Assembly (NCBI GenBank): GCA_031409275.1
Contig: JANNXA010000010.1
Coordinates: forward strand, 32,001-96,000
Length of the DNA stretch: 64,000 nt
Direction: 5' to 3'
Source: Planctomycetota bacterium
Lineage (GTDB): Bacteria; Planctomycetota; B15-G4; SIAN01
Below are positions 43,039 to 52,905 of the stretch, piece by piece. The notes under the pieces are model-generated. The model saw only the letters and a program-made list of their open reading frames with translations. It ran no database searches and was not told the DNA's origin. Every line of letters starts with the position of its first letter. Position 1 is the first letter of the stretch. Made by a program: the position numbers and the translations under genes.

Positions 43039-43887
43039 TCAGGCGTAACGGCGAAGCACGTCGGTCAGCTCCTTCGCGACGCTCTCCGCGATGACGTTGA
43101 GTTCAGAAGCTTCAAGGCCGATGCGCTCGAGCGCAATCGGGTCGGGCTCGCTCTCCGCCTCGTGGCCGAGCACTCCGATGGCCAGAGCCTCCGCGCGGTG
43201 GCCGATGATGTCAGCGACATGGACGGCGCTGGCCAGCACTTCGTGCGTTTCGGACGGCGTGTGGTGGTACTGGATCGCGATGCGCAGCCGTTCGGGCAGC
43301 TTCCAGTGCGCGATGACGGCGGCGCCGACCTCGGCGTGCTCGATGCCCAGCAGTTCGAGCTCCGCGAACCGCAACGGCGTGCCCGCCTTCTGAGCTTCCG
43401 TGAGGCCGGCAATGCGCTCGGCATCAAGGAAGCGCGCCAGCACCAGCTTGCCGATGTCGTGCATCAGCGCCGCGGTGAATGCCTCGGGCGGGATCACGTT
43501 GCTCTTCTTCGCGACGAGCGACTGCGCCGCCAGCGCGCACGCCACGGAGTGCGACCAGAGCTGTCCGTCGGTGAGGCCGTACTGCGGCAGCGCCCGCGTC
43601 AATCGCTTGCGCACGCCCACGCTCATCGCCACCTGCACCACCGACTGCGCGCCGAGCCGCATCACTGCTTCGCGCACCGTCGCGATCTCGCTCCCACGCG
43701 ACATCAGCGCCGAGTTGGCGAGCGCCAGGATCCGCGGCGTCAGCGCCTGGTCGAGCGCAATGGCGCTTTCGACATCGCGCAGTTCCCAGTCGCCACGCGC
43801 GAGCAGCGACGCCAACCGCCCGGCGGTCGCCGGCAGCGGCTCGAGCGATTCGATCGCCTTGGCGATTCCATGGTGATGAAGCAGCAT
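43039..43887 (-). CDS. HDOD domain signal-transduction protein
   Basis: DQALTPRILALANSA, AVMRLG, LWSHS, LMHDIGKLVL, HAEVGA...WKLP...IQYHH. Confidence 0.9.
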   Translation of the reverse strand: MLLHHHGIAKAIESLEPLPATAGRLASLLARGDWELRDVESAIALDQALTPRILALANSALMSRGSEIATVREAVMRLGAQSVVQVAMSVGVRKRLTRALPQYGLTDGQLWSHSVACALAAQSLVAKKSNVIPPEAFTAALMHDIGKLVLARFLDAERIAGLTEAQKAGTPLRFAELELLGIEHAEVGAAVIAHWKLPERLRIAIQYHHTPSETHEVLASAVHVADIIGHRAEALAIGVLGHEAESEPDPIALERIGLEASELNVIAESVAKELTDVLRRYA

Positions 43888-44057
43888 CGACCCCTCCGCA
43901 CTCTTCCTGCAACGGGAGATCGGACATGCGGGTCGTGCGCTTGAGACGGCTTGGCGAAACCTACGGGAAAAACCGCTGCCCCGGCGGGGCGTGGCGTTCG
44001 ATTCGCGATCAGCTACGGAGGGTTCGAACCTGGAATTAGAAGCCGGCCCGTGAACCG

Positions 44058-44116
44058 CTCTCTGGTGTCCAGGACGGCGTTGTGCCGTCCAGCGCGCTCC
44101 GATGACCAGAGAGGAC
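44058..44116 (+). promoter_or_regulatory. 5'-UTR stem-loop overlapping the ribosome-binding site
   Basis: CTCTCTGGT (44058-44066) pairs with ACCAGAGAG (44105-44113) and encloses GGACGGC-gttgt-GCCGTCC. SD GAGGA at 44111-44115. Confidence 0.45.
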
Positions 44117-44123
44117 TCACGCC

Positions 44124-44447
44124 ATGAAAACGCTTCTGCAAACCGCCGCGGTCTTCGTCTTGATGACGGCCACCGCGTTCGCGTCGAAGTGGACGCCGAA
44201 CGGGGGCACCGCCACCGATCCAGCGCCCAGAGGCGACTACAAGGGGAAGGTGTCTCGTGTGGTCTCGGGCGACACGGTCACGTGGAAGATCACGACCGCA
44301 GCCGGCGTGCTCGAGATCGACAACGGCGAGAAGGGGCTCTCCGACGAGGAGGAGAAGGCGCTCACGATCGCTGAGCAACAGAACGACGACAACAACACCG
44401 TGAAGATCGACAAGAACGGCAGCGTCGAGAGCGTCGCCACCGGCTGA
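44124..44447 (+). CDS. Small secreted hypothetical protein
   Basis: Clear signal peptide MKTLLQTAAVFVLMTATAFA, SD present, strong codon bias. Confidence 0.8.
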   Translation: MKTLLQTAAVFVLMTATAFASKWTPNGGTATDPAPRGDYKGKVSRVVSGDTVTWKITTAAGVLEIDNGEKGLSDEEEKALTIAEQQNDDNNTVKIDKNGSVESVATG

Positions 44448-44523
44448 ACGCCGCCCGCAACCACGAAGGTCCGGGATGCGGCGCCACGATGCTCGGCGCC
44501 GCGTCCCGCCGGGAGTCGATCCG

Positions 44524-45213
44524 ATGGAGTCGAACGCCTCGCCAACTCGTTCCCCGCGACGCGCGGCCGCGCTTTGGGTCCTCGTCGGCCTCGCGATCGG
44601 CGCCACCGCCACGCGCTGGATCGCAACCTCGCGGAATGGCAGCGCCCTCGCTGCCCCATCCCTCGATCGCGCCGAGCTGGCTGCGACGATCGCCACAGCG
44701 CTTGCGCCGATCGAAGCGCAGCTGCGTGTACTCACCGAGCTGCCGCTGGCGCTCCCAGCCAGTCGATCCGCGGACGAACGCGCGTCGGATACCGGCCGAG
44801 GCGACGTCGACGCGATCGACAGCGATCCGCACGACGGGCTCGCCGTCGACCCCGCGGCCGCGCGCATCGAGAGGCTGCTCGCCCGCTGCGAGGAGCGCCT
44901 CGCGCAATTCGCCGCCGCGCCGTGGAACCTCCAGCCCGATGGCGCGCTCGAAGAGCAGCTCGCCCACGTGCGCCGCGACAAGGACCTCGGAGCCATCGAG
45001 CGCGCCTACGATGAGCTCGACCGCGCAGGCTGCAAGGCGATCACCGCGAGCTACGCCCTGCTCGGCCCCAGGACCATCGCCGATCGCTTCGGCGCTCCCG
45101 ACTCCGTCGGCGGCAGCGGCGGCAAGACCTGGTGGTACTGGCGCCTCGACGACGAACGCTCCCTCGGCGTCGCCTTCGCCAACGGCCTAGTCTGCGACGT
45201 CGACATGCCCTGA
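44524..45213 (+). CDS. Membrane-anchored hypothetical protein
   Basis: N-terminal hydrophobic helix. C-terminal FGAPD...WWYW...VAFANG resembles small beta/alpha envelope domains. Confidence 0.6.
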   Translation: MESNASPTRSPRRAAALWVLVGLAIGATATRWIATSRNGSALAAPSLDRAELAATIATALAPIEAQLRVLTELPLALPASRSADERASDTGRGDVDAIDSDPHDGLAVDPAAARIERLLARCEERLAQFAAAPWNLQPDGALEEQLAHVRRDKDLGAIERAYDELDRAGCKAITASYALLGPRTIADRFGAPDSVGGSGGKTWWYWRLDDERSLGVAFANGLVCDVDMP

Positions 45214-45226
45214 CCCGCGCCTCCCC

Positions 45227-45679
45227 GCCGACGAGCCGCGCGTACGCCCCTCGCGGCTCAAGCGGTGGAACGCGGGTCGAGCACTCGAGAAATCCGCAAG
45301 GCCGTCCTGCGACGACGCGCTGTACCCAGCGCGAGTCGCCCCCACCCGTCGCGAACTGTCAGGCGGCGCCGCGCCGGGGGTTCGGCTGCTAGGAGGCGAG
45401 CCCGAAGAATGCGTTGCTGCTGCCGAGCCGGAGGCTCGCAGCAGAACGCCGCGCCGGTGAGCCTGCGCGGTGCGCAGCTCACCTCTCGGGCCTTGGAGCC
45501 GACGAGCGGCGAGTACGCCCCTCGCGGCTCAAGCGGTGGAACGCGGGTCGAGCACTCAAGAAATCTGCAAGGCCGTCCTGCGACGATGCGCTGTACCCAG
45601 CGCGAGTCGCGCCCCAACCAACGCGAATCGAAAGGCGGCGCCGCGCCGGGGGTTCGGCTGCTAGGAGGCGAGCCCGAAG
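45227..45679. repeat. Two direct copies of an approximately 180-bp element (45227-45407 and 45498-45679)
   Basis: Both read GTACGCCCCTCGCGGCTCAAGCGGTGGAACGCGGGTCGAGCACTC...CTGTACCCAGCGCGAGTCGC...GGCTGCTAGGAGGCGAGCCCGAAG with few substitutions. Confidence 0.9.
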
Positions 45680-45843
45680 CTGTGTCCGCAGGACACTGCG
45701 AGCGGCTCGCCGACAACGCAGACGAGCCCCCGCCGCAAGCCGCCTCACGGCGCCGCGCCGCGGGGTCAGCTGCTAGGAGGAGCGTCCCGAAGCTGTGTCC
45801 GAAAGGACACTGCGATGGGCGCTCCGACAACGCAGATGGCCCC
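45376..45843. repeat. Three copies of a structured REP-like / ncRNA-like element (about 45376-45450, 45648-45731, 45762-45843)
   Basis: Shared GCTGCTAGGAGG...CCGAAG core. Copies 2 and 3 form nested stems with compensatory changes. Confidence 0.85.
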
Positions 45844-45849
45844 GCGCCG

Positions 45850-47250
45850 CTAGCCGCCTCCCGCGCCTTCAACGATTCCGCCATCACACATCGGCCGCGG
45901 GTCGAGCAGTCGCTCGAGTTCGGCGCGCGTGAGCTTGGTCTCCTCGAGCGCGACGTCGATGAGGCGGCGCCCTTCCTTGTACGCCCGCTTGGCGATCTTC
46001 GCGGCGAGGTCGTAGCCGATCACCGGGTTCAGCGCGGTGACGAGGATCGGGTTCTTGTCGACGAGCTCGGTGATTCGCGCGGCGTTCACCGTGAAGCCGG
46101 CGATCGCCTTGTCGGCCAGCACGCGGCACGCGCTGGCCAGCAGTCGGATGCTCTCCAGGATGTTGCGCGCGAGCATCGGCAGCATCACGTTCAGCTCGAA
46201 GACGCCCGACTGTCCGCCGAGCGTGATGGCGGCGTCATTGCCGATGACCTGCGCGCAGACCATCAGCGCGGCCTCGGGGATCACCGGGTTCACCTTGCCC
46301 GGCATGATGCTCGAGCCCGGCTGCAGCGACGGCAGCGCGATCTCGCCGAGGCCGGCGATCGGGCCGCTGTTCATCCAGCGCAGGTCGTTGCTGATCTTGA
46401 TGACGGCGGCGGCGGTCGCCTTCAACTGCCCCGACAGCTCGACGATCGAGTCCTGCGCGGCGAGGCTCGTGAAGAGGTTGCGGCTCTTCGTGAACGGCAT
46501 CGCGGTGATCGACGCGACGCGCGCGGCGAAACGGGCGGCGAACTCGGGATGGGCGTTCACGCCGGTGCCGACGGCCGTGCCGCCTTGCGCGAGCTCATGC
46601 ACGCGCGGCAGCGTCGCCTGGATCCGTTCGATCGCGAGCTGCACCTGGTGTGCCCACCCGCCCATCTGCTGCTCGAGTCGCAGCGGCATCGCATCCATCA
46701 AGTGGGTGCGGCCGGTCTTGACGATCGCGCCGTCCTTCGCCGCCTTCGTCTCGATCGTCGCCTTGAGATGGAGCAGCGCCGGGATCAGCTGCTCGTGCGT
46801 CTCGAGCGCCGCGGAGAGGTGGAGCGCGCTGGGAATCGAGTCGTTGCTCGATTGCCCCATGTTCACGTCATTGTTGGGGTGCACCGGCCGGCCGAGCCGC
46901 TTGCTCGCCAGCGCGGCGATCACCTCGTTGGCATTCATGTTGGTCGAGGTGCCCGAGCCGGTCTGGAAGATGTCGATCGGGAATTGCGCGTCGTGCTGGC
47001 CCGCCTCGACCTCCTTCGCGGCGGCGACGATCGCCTCGGCGACGTCGGCCGGCAGGAGCTTCAGGTCGCGGTTCACCTCGGCCGCCACCCGCTTCACCAT
47101 CCCGAGCGCGCGCAGGAAGGCGCGCGGCAGGCGCTGCCCGCTGATCGGGAAGTTGTCGACTGCGCGCTGCGTCTGTGCGCCGTAGAGCGCGTCGGCGGGC
47201 ACGCGCACCTCGCCCATGCTGTCCTTCTCGATGCGATGCGTGTCGGCCAT
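45850..47250 (-). CDS. fumC: Fumarate hydratase class II
   Basis: RIEKDSMG, FQTGSGTSTNMNANEV, KTGRTHLMDA, GSSIMPGKVNP. Confidence 0.96.
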   Translation of the reverse strand: MADTHRIEKDSMGEVRVPADALYGAQTQRAVDNFPISGQRLPRAFLRALGMVKRVAAEVNRDLKLLPADVAEAIVAAAKEVEAGQHDAQFPIDIFQTGSGTSTNMNANEVIAALASKRLGRPVHPNNDVNMGQSSNDSIPSALHLSAALETHEQLIPALLHLKATIETKAAKDGAIVKTGRTHLMDAMPLRLEQQMGGWAHQVQLAIERIQATLPRVHELAQGGTAVGTGVNAHPEFAARFAARVASITAMPFTKSRNLFTSLAAQDSIVELSGQLKATAAAVIKISNDLRWMNSGPIAGLGEIALPSLQPGSSIMPGKVNPVIPEAALMVCAQVIGNDAAITLGGQSGVFELNVMLPMLARNILESIRLLASACRVLADKAIAGFTVNAARITELVDKNPILVTALNPVIGYDLAAKIAKRAYKEGRRLIDVALEETKLTRAELERLLDPRPMCDGGIVEGAGGG

Positions 47251-47283
47251 GGAAGCGCTCCTCGCGAAAATGGGTGCGCGATG

Positions 47284-48165
47284 CTAGCGCCAAGCCGCCA
47301 GCGCTGCCGCCACCCGCGGACCGAGCGGAATCGCGTTGGTCGGATGGGCGACCGTGTCGCAGCTCACGATGCGGCCGGCTCCGGCGGCCCGCAGCGCGTC
47401 GAAGCCATCGCCGACGAACAGCGCGTGGACGGCGATGCAGACCGGCGCCGGCCACCCCGCGGCGACGAGCTGGCGCGCGACGGCGACCTGCGTGCGCGCG
47501 GTCGACGCGATGTCGTCGACGACGACCGGCGTGCAGCCGCGATGCGCGTCGAGCGACGGCAACTCAACGCGCACCGCGGCATCGCCGCTCCGCTCCTTGC
47601 GCGCGACGGCCCATGGCGCTCCGCACGCCTGCGCAACCCCGCGCACCCACGGCTCGCTCTCCTCGTCGGGACCGAGGAGCAACGGCCGCTCGACGTGAGC
47701 AGCGATCCACTCGGCGATCGCCGGTGCGGCGGCGACGACGCGCGTCGGCATGCGATAGATCGCGCCGAGCGTCGGATGGCGGTGGAGATGAGGATCGATG
47801 GTCAGCAGCCAGTCGAAGTGGGCGTCGAGCAGCCGCGCGAAGTAGCGCGAGGTGATCCCCTCGCCCGGCGCCATCCGTGCATCCTGCCGCATGTAGGCGA
47901 GGTAGGGGGCGATGAGGCCGACCTCCGCGGCACCGAGGTCGCGCAACGTCGCGGCGAGCAGGAGCAGCGGGGCGAGCTTCGTGTCCGGCTGCGCCAGCGA
48001 CGCGACGATCCAGCTCGCGCGCCCCGCCACTTCATCGCCGACCTGCACATGCGTCTCGCCGTCGGGAAAGCGGCGCAGCGTCGCGCGTCCGGGCTCGGCC
48101 ACACCCGCCGAGACGATCGCGCCGGCGATCGCGTCGCCAAACGGCGCGTAGAGCAGCGGACTCAT
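47284..48165 (-). CDS. prs: Ribose-phosphate pyrophosphokinase family protein
   Basis: FPDGE, PYLAYMRQD, GPDEES, VVVDDIAST. Start ATG 48165 overlaps the upstream stop. Confidence 0.85.
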   Translation of the reverse strand: MSPLLYAPFGDAIAGAIVSAGVAEPGRATLRRFPDGETHVQVGDEVAGRASWIVASLAQPDTKLAPLLLLAATLRDLGAAEVGLIAPYLAYMRQDARMAPGEGITSRYFARLLDAHFDWLLTIDPHLHRHPTLGAIYRMPTRVVAAAPAIAEWIAAHVERPLLLGPDEESEPWVRGVAQACGAPWAVARKERSGDAAVRVELPSLDAHRGCTPVVVDDIASTARTQVAVARQLVAAGWPAPVCIAVHALFVGDGFDALRAAGAGRIVSCDTVAHPTNAIPLGPRVAAALAAWR

Positions 48166-49688
48166 CGTGGCTCCTCGATCGAAACGAGGTCGGCCTGGCT
48201 GCGCGCGTAGTCGAGCGCGTAACGCAGCTCGCCGGGTGCCTCCGCGTGGACGGCGAAGAGCGGTTGGCCCGGCTCGACGCGGGTGTCGAGCGGCGCGAAG
48301 AACTCGACACCGGCCGCCTTCGCGAGCGGCGCCCCCGCGAGCTTCGCCACCCGCGCGAGGCGGCGATTGTCGATCGCGACGACGACGCCGGCGCGCTCGG
48401 CGACGACTTCGGCGTGATGCGGTGCGACCGGAGGCTCGCGCATCCCTCCCTGCGACTCGCAGATCGCCTGGAACTTCCGCCATGCAGCGCCGCTCTCGAG
48501 CAGCTCGCGCGCGCGGAGCGCGGCAGCATCCGGCGCCAGCCCCTGTGCCACGACGAGCAGTCCGGCCGCCAGCGTGAGCGAGCGCTCCTCGAGGTCCTTC
48601 GGTGCATCGGGCGCGCGCCGCAACACGGCGCATGCGGCACGCGCCTCGAGCGCCGGCCCGATGCCGCGCCCCACCGGCTGGCGGCCATCGGTGAGGAGCA
48701 CGCGCACCTCGAGCCCCACCCCTTGGCCCACCGCTTCGAGCAGCTCCTTCAGGCGTGCGGCGCCTTCGAAGCTGCGCACCTTCGCGGTCGGACCCACAGG
48801 CAGATCGATCACGACGTGCGTGGAGCCGGCGGCCGCCTTCTTCGAAAGCACCGACGCGATCAGCTGCCCCTCGCTGTCGAGATCGAGCGCTCGCTCCACG
48901 CCGATCAGCACATCGTCGGCAGGACTGAGCCGCATCGCGCCGCCCCACACGATGCAGCCGCCCTCGCGTTCGACCACGCGGCGGACGCCTGCGCTGTCGA
49001 GGTCGACCGGCGCGAGCGTCTCCATCGTGTCGGCCGTGCCCGAAGGCGAGGTGATCGCACGCGACGAGGTCTTCGGGATCACGCAGCCCGCCGCCGCGAC
49101 GATCGGCACGAGGATCAGCGTCGTGCGATTGCCCGGAAGGCCGCCAACGCAGTGCTTGTCGACGATCGGCTCGCGGCCCCAGTCGATCCGCTCGCCGACG
49201 GCGATCATCGCGCGCGTCAGTCCGAGCACCTCGTGCAGGTCGAGGCGTTGATCGGCGCACGCGGTGACGAATGCGGCGAGCTGGACGTCGGCGTAACGGC
49301 CCGTGACGACGTCATGCACGATTTCTCGAAGCGCCGCTTCGCCGAGCCGGTTGCCGTAGATCTTCGCGCGGACGTGCCGCATCGACTCGACCGGCGGCGC
49401 GTGGCCGACCAACGCGCGCTCGCCTTCCTTCGCGCCGAGCTGGCGCCACGCCGCCTCCGAAAGCCCCGCCTCCCCGTCGGCCAGCAGGGCCGCGTCGACG
49501 ACGTTCAACGTCGCGACGATCGCGCGGCCGTCGTGCTGCACCTGCACCCGCGCCTGCGCCTCGAACCCTTCGGAACGCACGACGTGGCAGTCGCGACGCA
49601 GGTAGATCACCGGCTCGTGGTAGGTGTCGATGCCGATGCGTCGGAGGACCACGGCGTGAGCATGAGCGCGCGGCGGAAGGGCGTTCAT
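48162..49688 (-). CDS. Thymidine phosphorylase family protein (AMP-phosphorylase-like)
   Basis: N-terminal GIDTY..CRSEG-like extension, DKHCVGGLPGNRTT, KTSSRAITSPSGTADTME, SVLSKK, PVGRGIGPALEA. Start ATG 49688. Confidence 0.9.
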   Translation of the reverse strand: MNALPPRAHAHAVVLRRIGIDTYHEPVIYLRRDCHVVRSEGFEAQARVQVQHDGRAIVATLNVVDAALLADGEAGLSEAAWRQLGAKEGERALVGHAPPVESMRHVRAKIYGNRLGEAALREIVHDVVTGRYADVQLAAFVTACADQRLDLHEVLGLTRAMIAVGERIDWGREPIVDKHCVGGLPGNRTTLILVPIVAAAGCVIPKTSSRAITSPSGTADTMETLAPVDLDSAGVRRVVEREGGCIVWGGAMRLSPADDVLIGVERALDLDSEGQLIASVLSKKAAAGSTHVVIDLPVGPTAKVRSFEGAARLKELLEAVGQGVGLEVRVLLTDGRQPVGRGIGPALEARAACAVLRRAPDAPKDLEERSLTLAAGLLVVAQGLAPDAAALRARELLESGAAWRKFQAICESQGGMREPPVAPHHAEVVAERAGVVVAIDNRRLARVAKLAGAPLAKAAGVEFFAPLDTRVEPGQPLFAVHAEAPGELRYALDYARSQADLVSIEEPR

Positions 49689-52327
49689 CGCGTGGATTCC
49701 CGACGGCGCGAAACGGCGCGGCGGAACAGCTTCGAGAGTTCGAGGAGTGTCACCGGCAGCGCTCCGGCAGCGAGCAGCAGCAGCCCCTCGCGCCACTCGA
49801 ACGGCGTCACGCGGAGCAGTCGCGCGAACGGTGGCCAGGCCGGCCCGACGAACTGCAGCAGCAGCGACAGCGCCACCACCCACGCGAGGCGTGGGTTGGT
49901 GAAGAGGCCAAGCTCGGGGACCGTGCGATCGCGGCTGCGTGCACCGAGCGACCGGAAGAGCTGGTCGAAGACGAGGAAGCTGAAGGCGTGCGTGCGCGCG
50001 TCGGCCAGCGGCTCGTCTTTCAGTGCCAGCAGCCAGACCGCGAACGCGACTGCGGCCGACACCGCGCCCATGGCGAGGACCCCGCGCACGAACGGTCCAT
50101 CGGCGAGCGGCACGCGCGGATCGCGCGGTGGCCGGCGCATCACATCGCGCTCGATGGGCTCGATGGCCAGACAGATGGCGGGTAGCCCATCGGTCACGAG
50201 GTTGATCCAGAGCAGGTGGATCGGCAACAGCGGCGTCGGGTAGCCGGCGAAGACGCACCCCGCCACGAAGAGGACCTCGCCGGTGTTGCTGGCGAAGAGG
50301 AAGCCGAGCGTCTTCTTCAGGTTGTCCCAGATCCCGCGCCCCTCCTCGACCGCCGCGACGATCGTCTCGAATCGATCGTCGGCCAGGACGACGTGCGCCG
50401 CCTCCTTGGCCACTTCCGTCCCGCCCAGCCCCATCGCGATGCCGACGTCGGCCGCTCGCAGGGCCGGCGCATCGTTCACGCCATCGCCGGTCATCGCGAC
50501 GATCTCGCCGCGCCGTTTCCACGCGCGCACGATGCGCAGCTTGTGTTCGGGCGCGACGCGCGCGAAGACCGCCGCATGGTCGAGCCGCGCGTCGAGCGCC
50601 GCGTCATCGAGCAGGTCGAGATCGGCGCCGTGGATCGCGAGGTCGTCGGTCGCTGCGATGCCGATCTCGCGTGCAATCGCGAGCGCGGTGCTGGCGTGGT
50701 CGCCCGTGATCATCGCCACCCGGATGCCGGCCGCGCGGCAGCTCGCGATGGCGGCCGCGACTCCCGGCCGCGGCGGATCGCGCATCGCTGCGAGGCCGGT
50801 GAAGACGAGGCGCGACTCGAGCTGCTCGGCGGGCGAATCGAGGCTCTCGCCGTCCTCGAGGTCGCGCTGTCCGGCGGCAAGGACGCGCAACCCGCGGCTT
50901 GCGAGCGCGGCGACGTCGACACGCACTTGGGCGGCCGAAGCGGCGGAGGTCACGCAGCGGCCGAGCAGTTCGTCCGGACCGCCCTTCACGAAGAGGCGGC
51001 GGCGGCCATCGGGCAAGCGGCGCACCACGCTCATGAGGCGGCGTTGCGGGTCGAAGGGCAGGTCGCGCAGCCGTGGCCAGCGGGCTTCGATCGCCGAGCG
51101 CTCCTCGCCGGCGGCGCGCGCGGCGAGCAGCAGCGCCACCTCGGTCGGGTCGCCGATCGCGTCGCCGCCATCCGCCGCAGTGCCGAGCTGGGCATCGCAG
51201 GCGGCGGCGAACGCCGTCGCAAGCGTCCCGCCCGCCTCCTTGCCGGCGCCGCCGCTCGCGACCTCCGCCGGCACGAGTTCGAGCACCTCCATGCGACCGA
51301 GCGTGAGCGTGCCCGTCTTGTCGGTGCAGATCACGGTCGTCGAACCGAGCGTCTCGACGGCCGGGAGCTTGCGCACCAGCGCGTGCCGCCGCGACATGCG
51401 CAGCACGCCCACCGACAGGGCGATGGTGATGACCGCCGGCAATCCCTCCGGCACCGCCGCAACCGCGAGGCTGACCGACAGCAGCAACTGATCGATCAGC
51501 GGCGTCCCGCGCAGCCACCCCACCACGAAGAGGAGCGCGACGATCGCGAGCGCTCCGAACACGAGGACTCTGCCCAGCGCATCGAGCCGCCGTTGCAGCG
51601 GCGTCGTCTGCTCCTGCGCGGCCGCGTCGAGGAGCGTCGCGACGCGCCCCATCTCGCTCGCCGCGCCGGTGGCGCAGACGACGGCACGTGCGGTGCCCGC
51701 CGCGACGGCGGTGCCGAGGAAGACGAGGTTGCGGCGATCGCCGAGCGGAACGGTCGCTGCGGAGGGTGCGGCGACCGGCAGCGCAGCGACCTGCTTCTCG
51801 ACGGCTTCCGACTCGCCGGTCAGCGCCGACTCGACGCAGCGCAGCGCTGCCGCGGAGAGCAATCGCGCGTCGGCCGGCACGAGGTCGCCCGCCTCGAGCA
51901 GGACCACATCGCCGGGCACCAGCTCAGCGGCTGCGAGGAGCGCCGTCACTCCGTCGCGCACGACGCGCGCACGCGGCGCGGTCATCCTCCGCAACGCGGC
52001 GATCGAGCGCTCGGCGCCGTACTCCTGCCATGCGCCCAGCAGCGCGTTCAGCAGCACGATGCCGACGATGGCTGCGGCATCGACCCACTCACCGACGAGG
52101 CCCGAGAGGAGCGCCGACGCCACCAGCAACGCGACCATCACGCTGCGGAACTGGGCGGCGAACAGCGCGAGTGGGTGTGGCGGCGGGGTCGCCGCGAGCT
52201 CGTTGCGCCCGCCCTCGAGCAGCCGGCGCGACGCTTCCGCCGACGTGAGGCCGCCTTCGCCTGAGCGAAGCAGGGTCAGCGCTTGCGCAGTGGTCTGCTC
52301 GTGCCATGTCGTGGGAGGGAGCTGCAT
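49685..52327 (-). CDS. P-type cation-transporting ATPase (type IIA, Ca2+-like)
   Basis: [40 protein letters not shown]. Confidence 0.93.
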   Translation of the reverse strand: MQLPPTTWHEQTTAQALTLLRSGEGGLTSAEASRRLLEGGRNELAATPPPHPLALFAAQFRSVMVALLVASALLSGLVGEWVDAAAIVGIVLLNALLGAWQEYGAERSIAALRRMTAPRARVVRDGVTALLAAAELVPGDVVLLEAGDLVPADARLLSAAALRCVESALTGESEAVEKQVAALPVAAPSAATVPLGDRRNLVFLGTAVAAGTARAVVCATGAASEMGRVATLLDAAAQEQTTPLQRRLDALGRVLVFGALAIVALLFVVGWLRGTPLIDQLLLSVSLAVAAVPEGLPAVITIALSVGVLRMSRRHALVRKLPAVETLGSTTVICTDKTGTLTLGRMEVLELVPAEVASGGAGKEAGGTLATAFAAACDAQLGTAADGGDAIGDPTEVALLLAARAAGEERSAIEARWPRLRDLPFDPQRRLMSVVRRLPDGRRRLFVKGGPDELLGRCVTSAASAAQVRVDVAALASRGLRVLAAGQRDLEDGESLDSPAEQLESRLVFTGLAAMRDPPRPGVAAAIASCRAAGIRVAMITGDHASTALAIAREIGIAATDDLAIHGADLDLLDDAALDARLDHAAVFARVAPEHKLRIVRAWKRRGEIVAMTGDGVNDAPALRAADVGIAMGLGGTEVAKEAAHVVLADDRFETIVAAVEEGRGIWDNLKKTLGFLFASNTGEVLFVAGCVFAGYPTPLLPIHLLWINLVTDGLPAICLAIEPIERDVMRRPPRDPRVPLADGPFVRGVLAMGAVSAAVAFAVWLLALKDEPLADARTHAFSFLVFDQLFRSLGARSRDRTVPELGLFTNPRLAWVVALSLLLQFVGPAWPPFARLLRVTPFEWREGLLLLAAGALPVTLLELSKLFRRAVSRRRESTR

Positions 52328-52482
52328 CTCCCGCGACGATGGAAATCCCGTGCCGTTGTCGTGCGCCCGGCGCCCAAGAGCTTCATCGACGCTGGGACCG
52401 CCGAGCGGGAAGGAAAGCGCAGTGCACGGCGCTGCACCGTCTCATTGCGACCGCAGCCCCGTCCGTCGCGCGGTCGCGGCGA

Positions 52483-52821
52483 TCACTCCGACCGCGGCGC
52501 GCCGCGGTCGACGGGCAAGGAGGCTTGGAGGCCGTGATCGCCGCCCGGCTCGTCGATCCAGTTCTCGCCGGTCCAGAACCAGGTCGAATTGAACAACAAG
52601 ACGTCGCCTACGACGGCGACCGCGTAGACCGGTGTCAGGACGCCGGTGACGAGGAAGAGCGACTCCTGAGCCCAGTCGTTCTCCCAGTGGTCGTTCCAGT
52701 GCCAGACGCGGCGCGTGGCGGCGAACGGGCCGTAGCAGCCCGGCGTCATCGCAACCGCGACGAGGCCGAGCGCCAGCGCCGCGCGACGCAGCAGAGGCGA
52801 ACGGAAGCGGGCAGGCGACAT
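52483..52821 (-). CDS. DUF3332-like lipoprotein (short paralog)
   Basis: TPGCYGPFAATRRVWHWN...PVYAV...DVLLFNSTWFWTGEN. Confidence 0.8.
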   Translation of the reverse strand: MSPARFRSPLLRRAALALGLVAVAMTPGCYGPFAATRRVWHWNDHWENDWAQESLFLVTGVLTPVYAVAVVGDVLLFNSTWFWTGENWIDEPGGDHGLQASLPVDRGAPRSE

Positions 52822-52905
52822 GCGCGGCTCCTTTGGAAGCGGAGCCGGCGGGCCACGTCCGCAGACGCGACCCGCCGGCAATCGGATCAAACGTGAGTCA
52901 GGAGC

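Noticed and set aside
43930..44010. c-di-GMP-I riboswitch near the HDOD gene (GGCGAAACC...)
   Set aside because: Only a short resemblance. The GAAA tetraloop/receptor and P1 pairing could not be built.
45227..45843. Possible CRISPR array
   Set aside because: Units are long (80-270 bp) and diverged, there are no equal-length unique spacers, and no cas genes are in the window.
45258..48210. Long ORFs across the repeat region and antisense to fumC/prs (45265..48210 +, 45258..45887 -)
   Set aside because: Arg/Ala/Pro-rich shadow frames typical of high-GC DNA, with no recognisable motifs.
52328..52482. yybP-ykoY (Mn2+) riboswitch upstream of the P-type ATPase
   Set aside because: The expected GGGGAGTA and CAACATAC-like conserved segments are not present.
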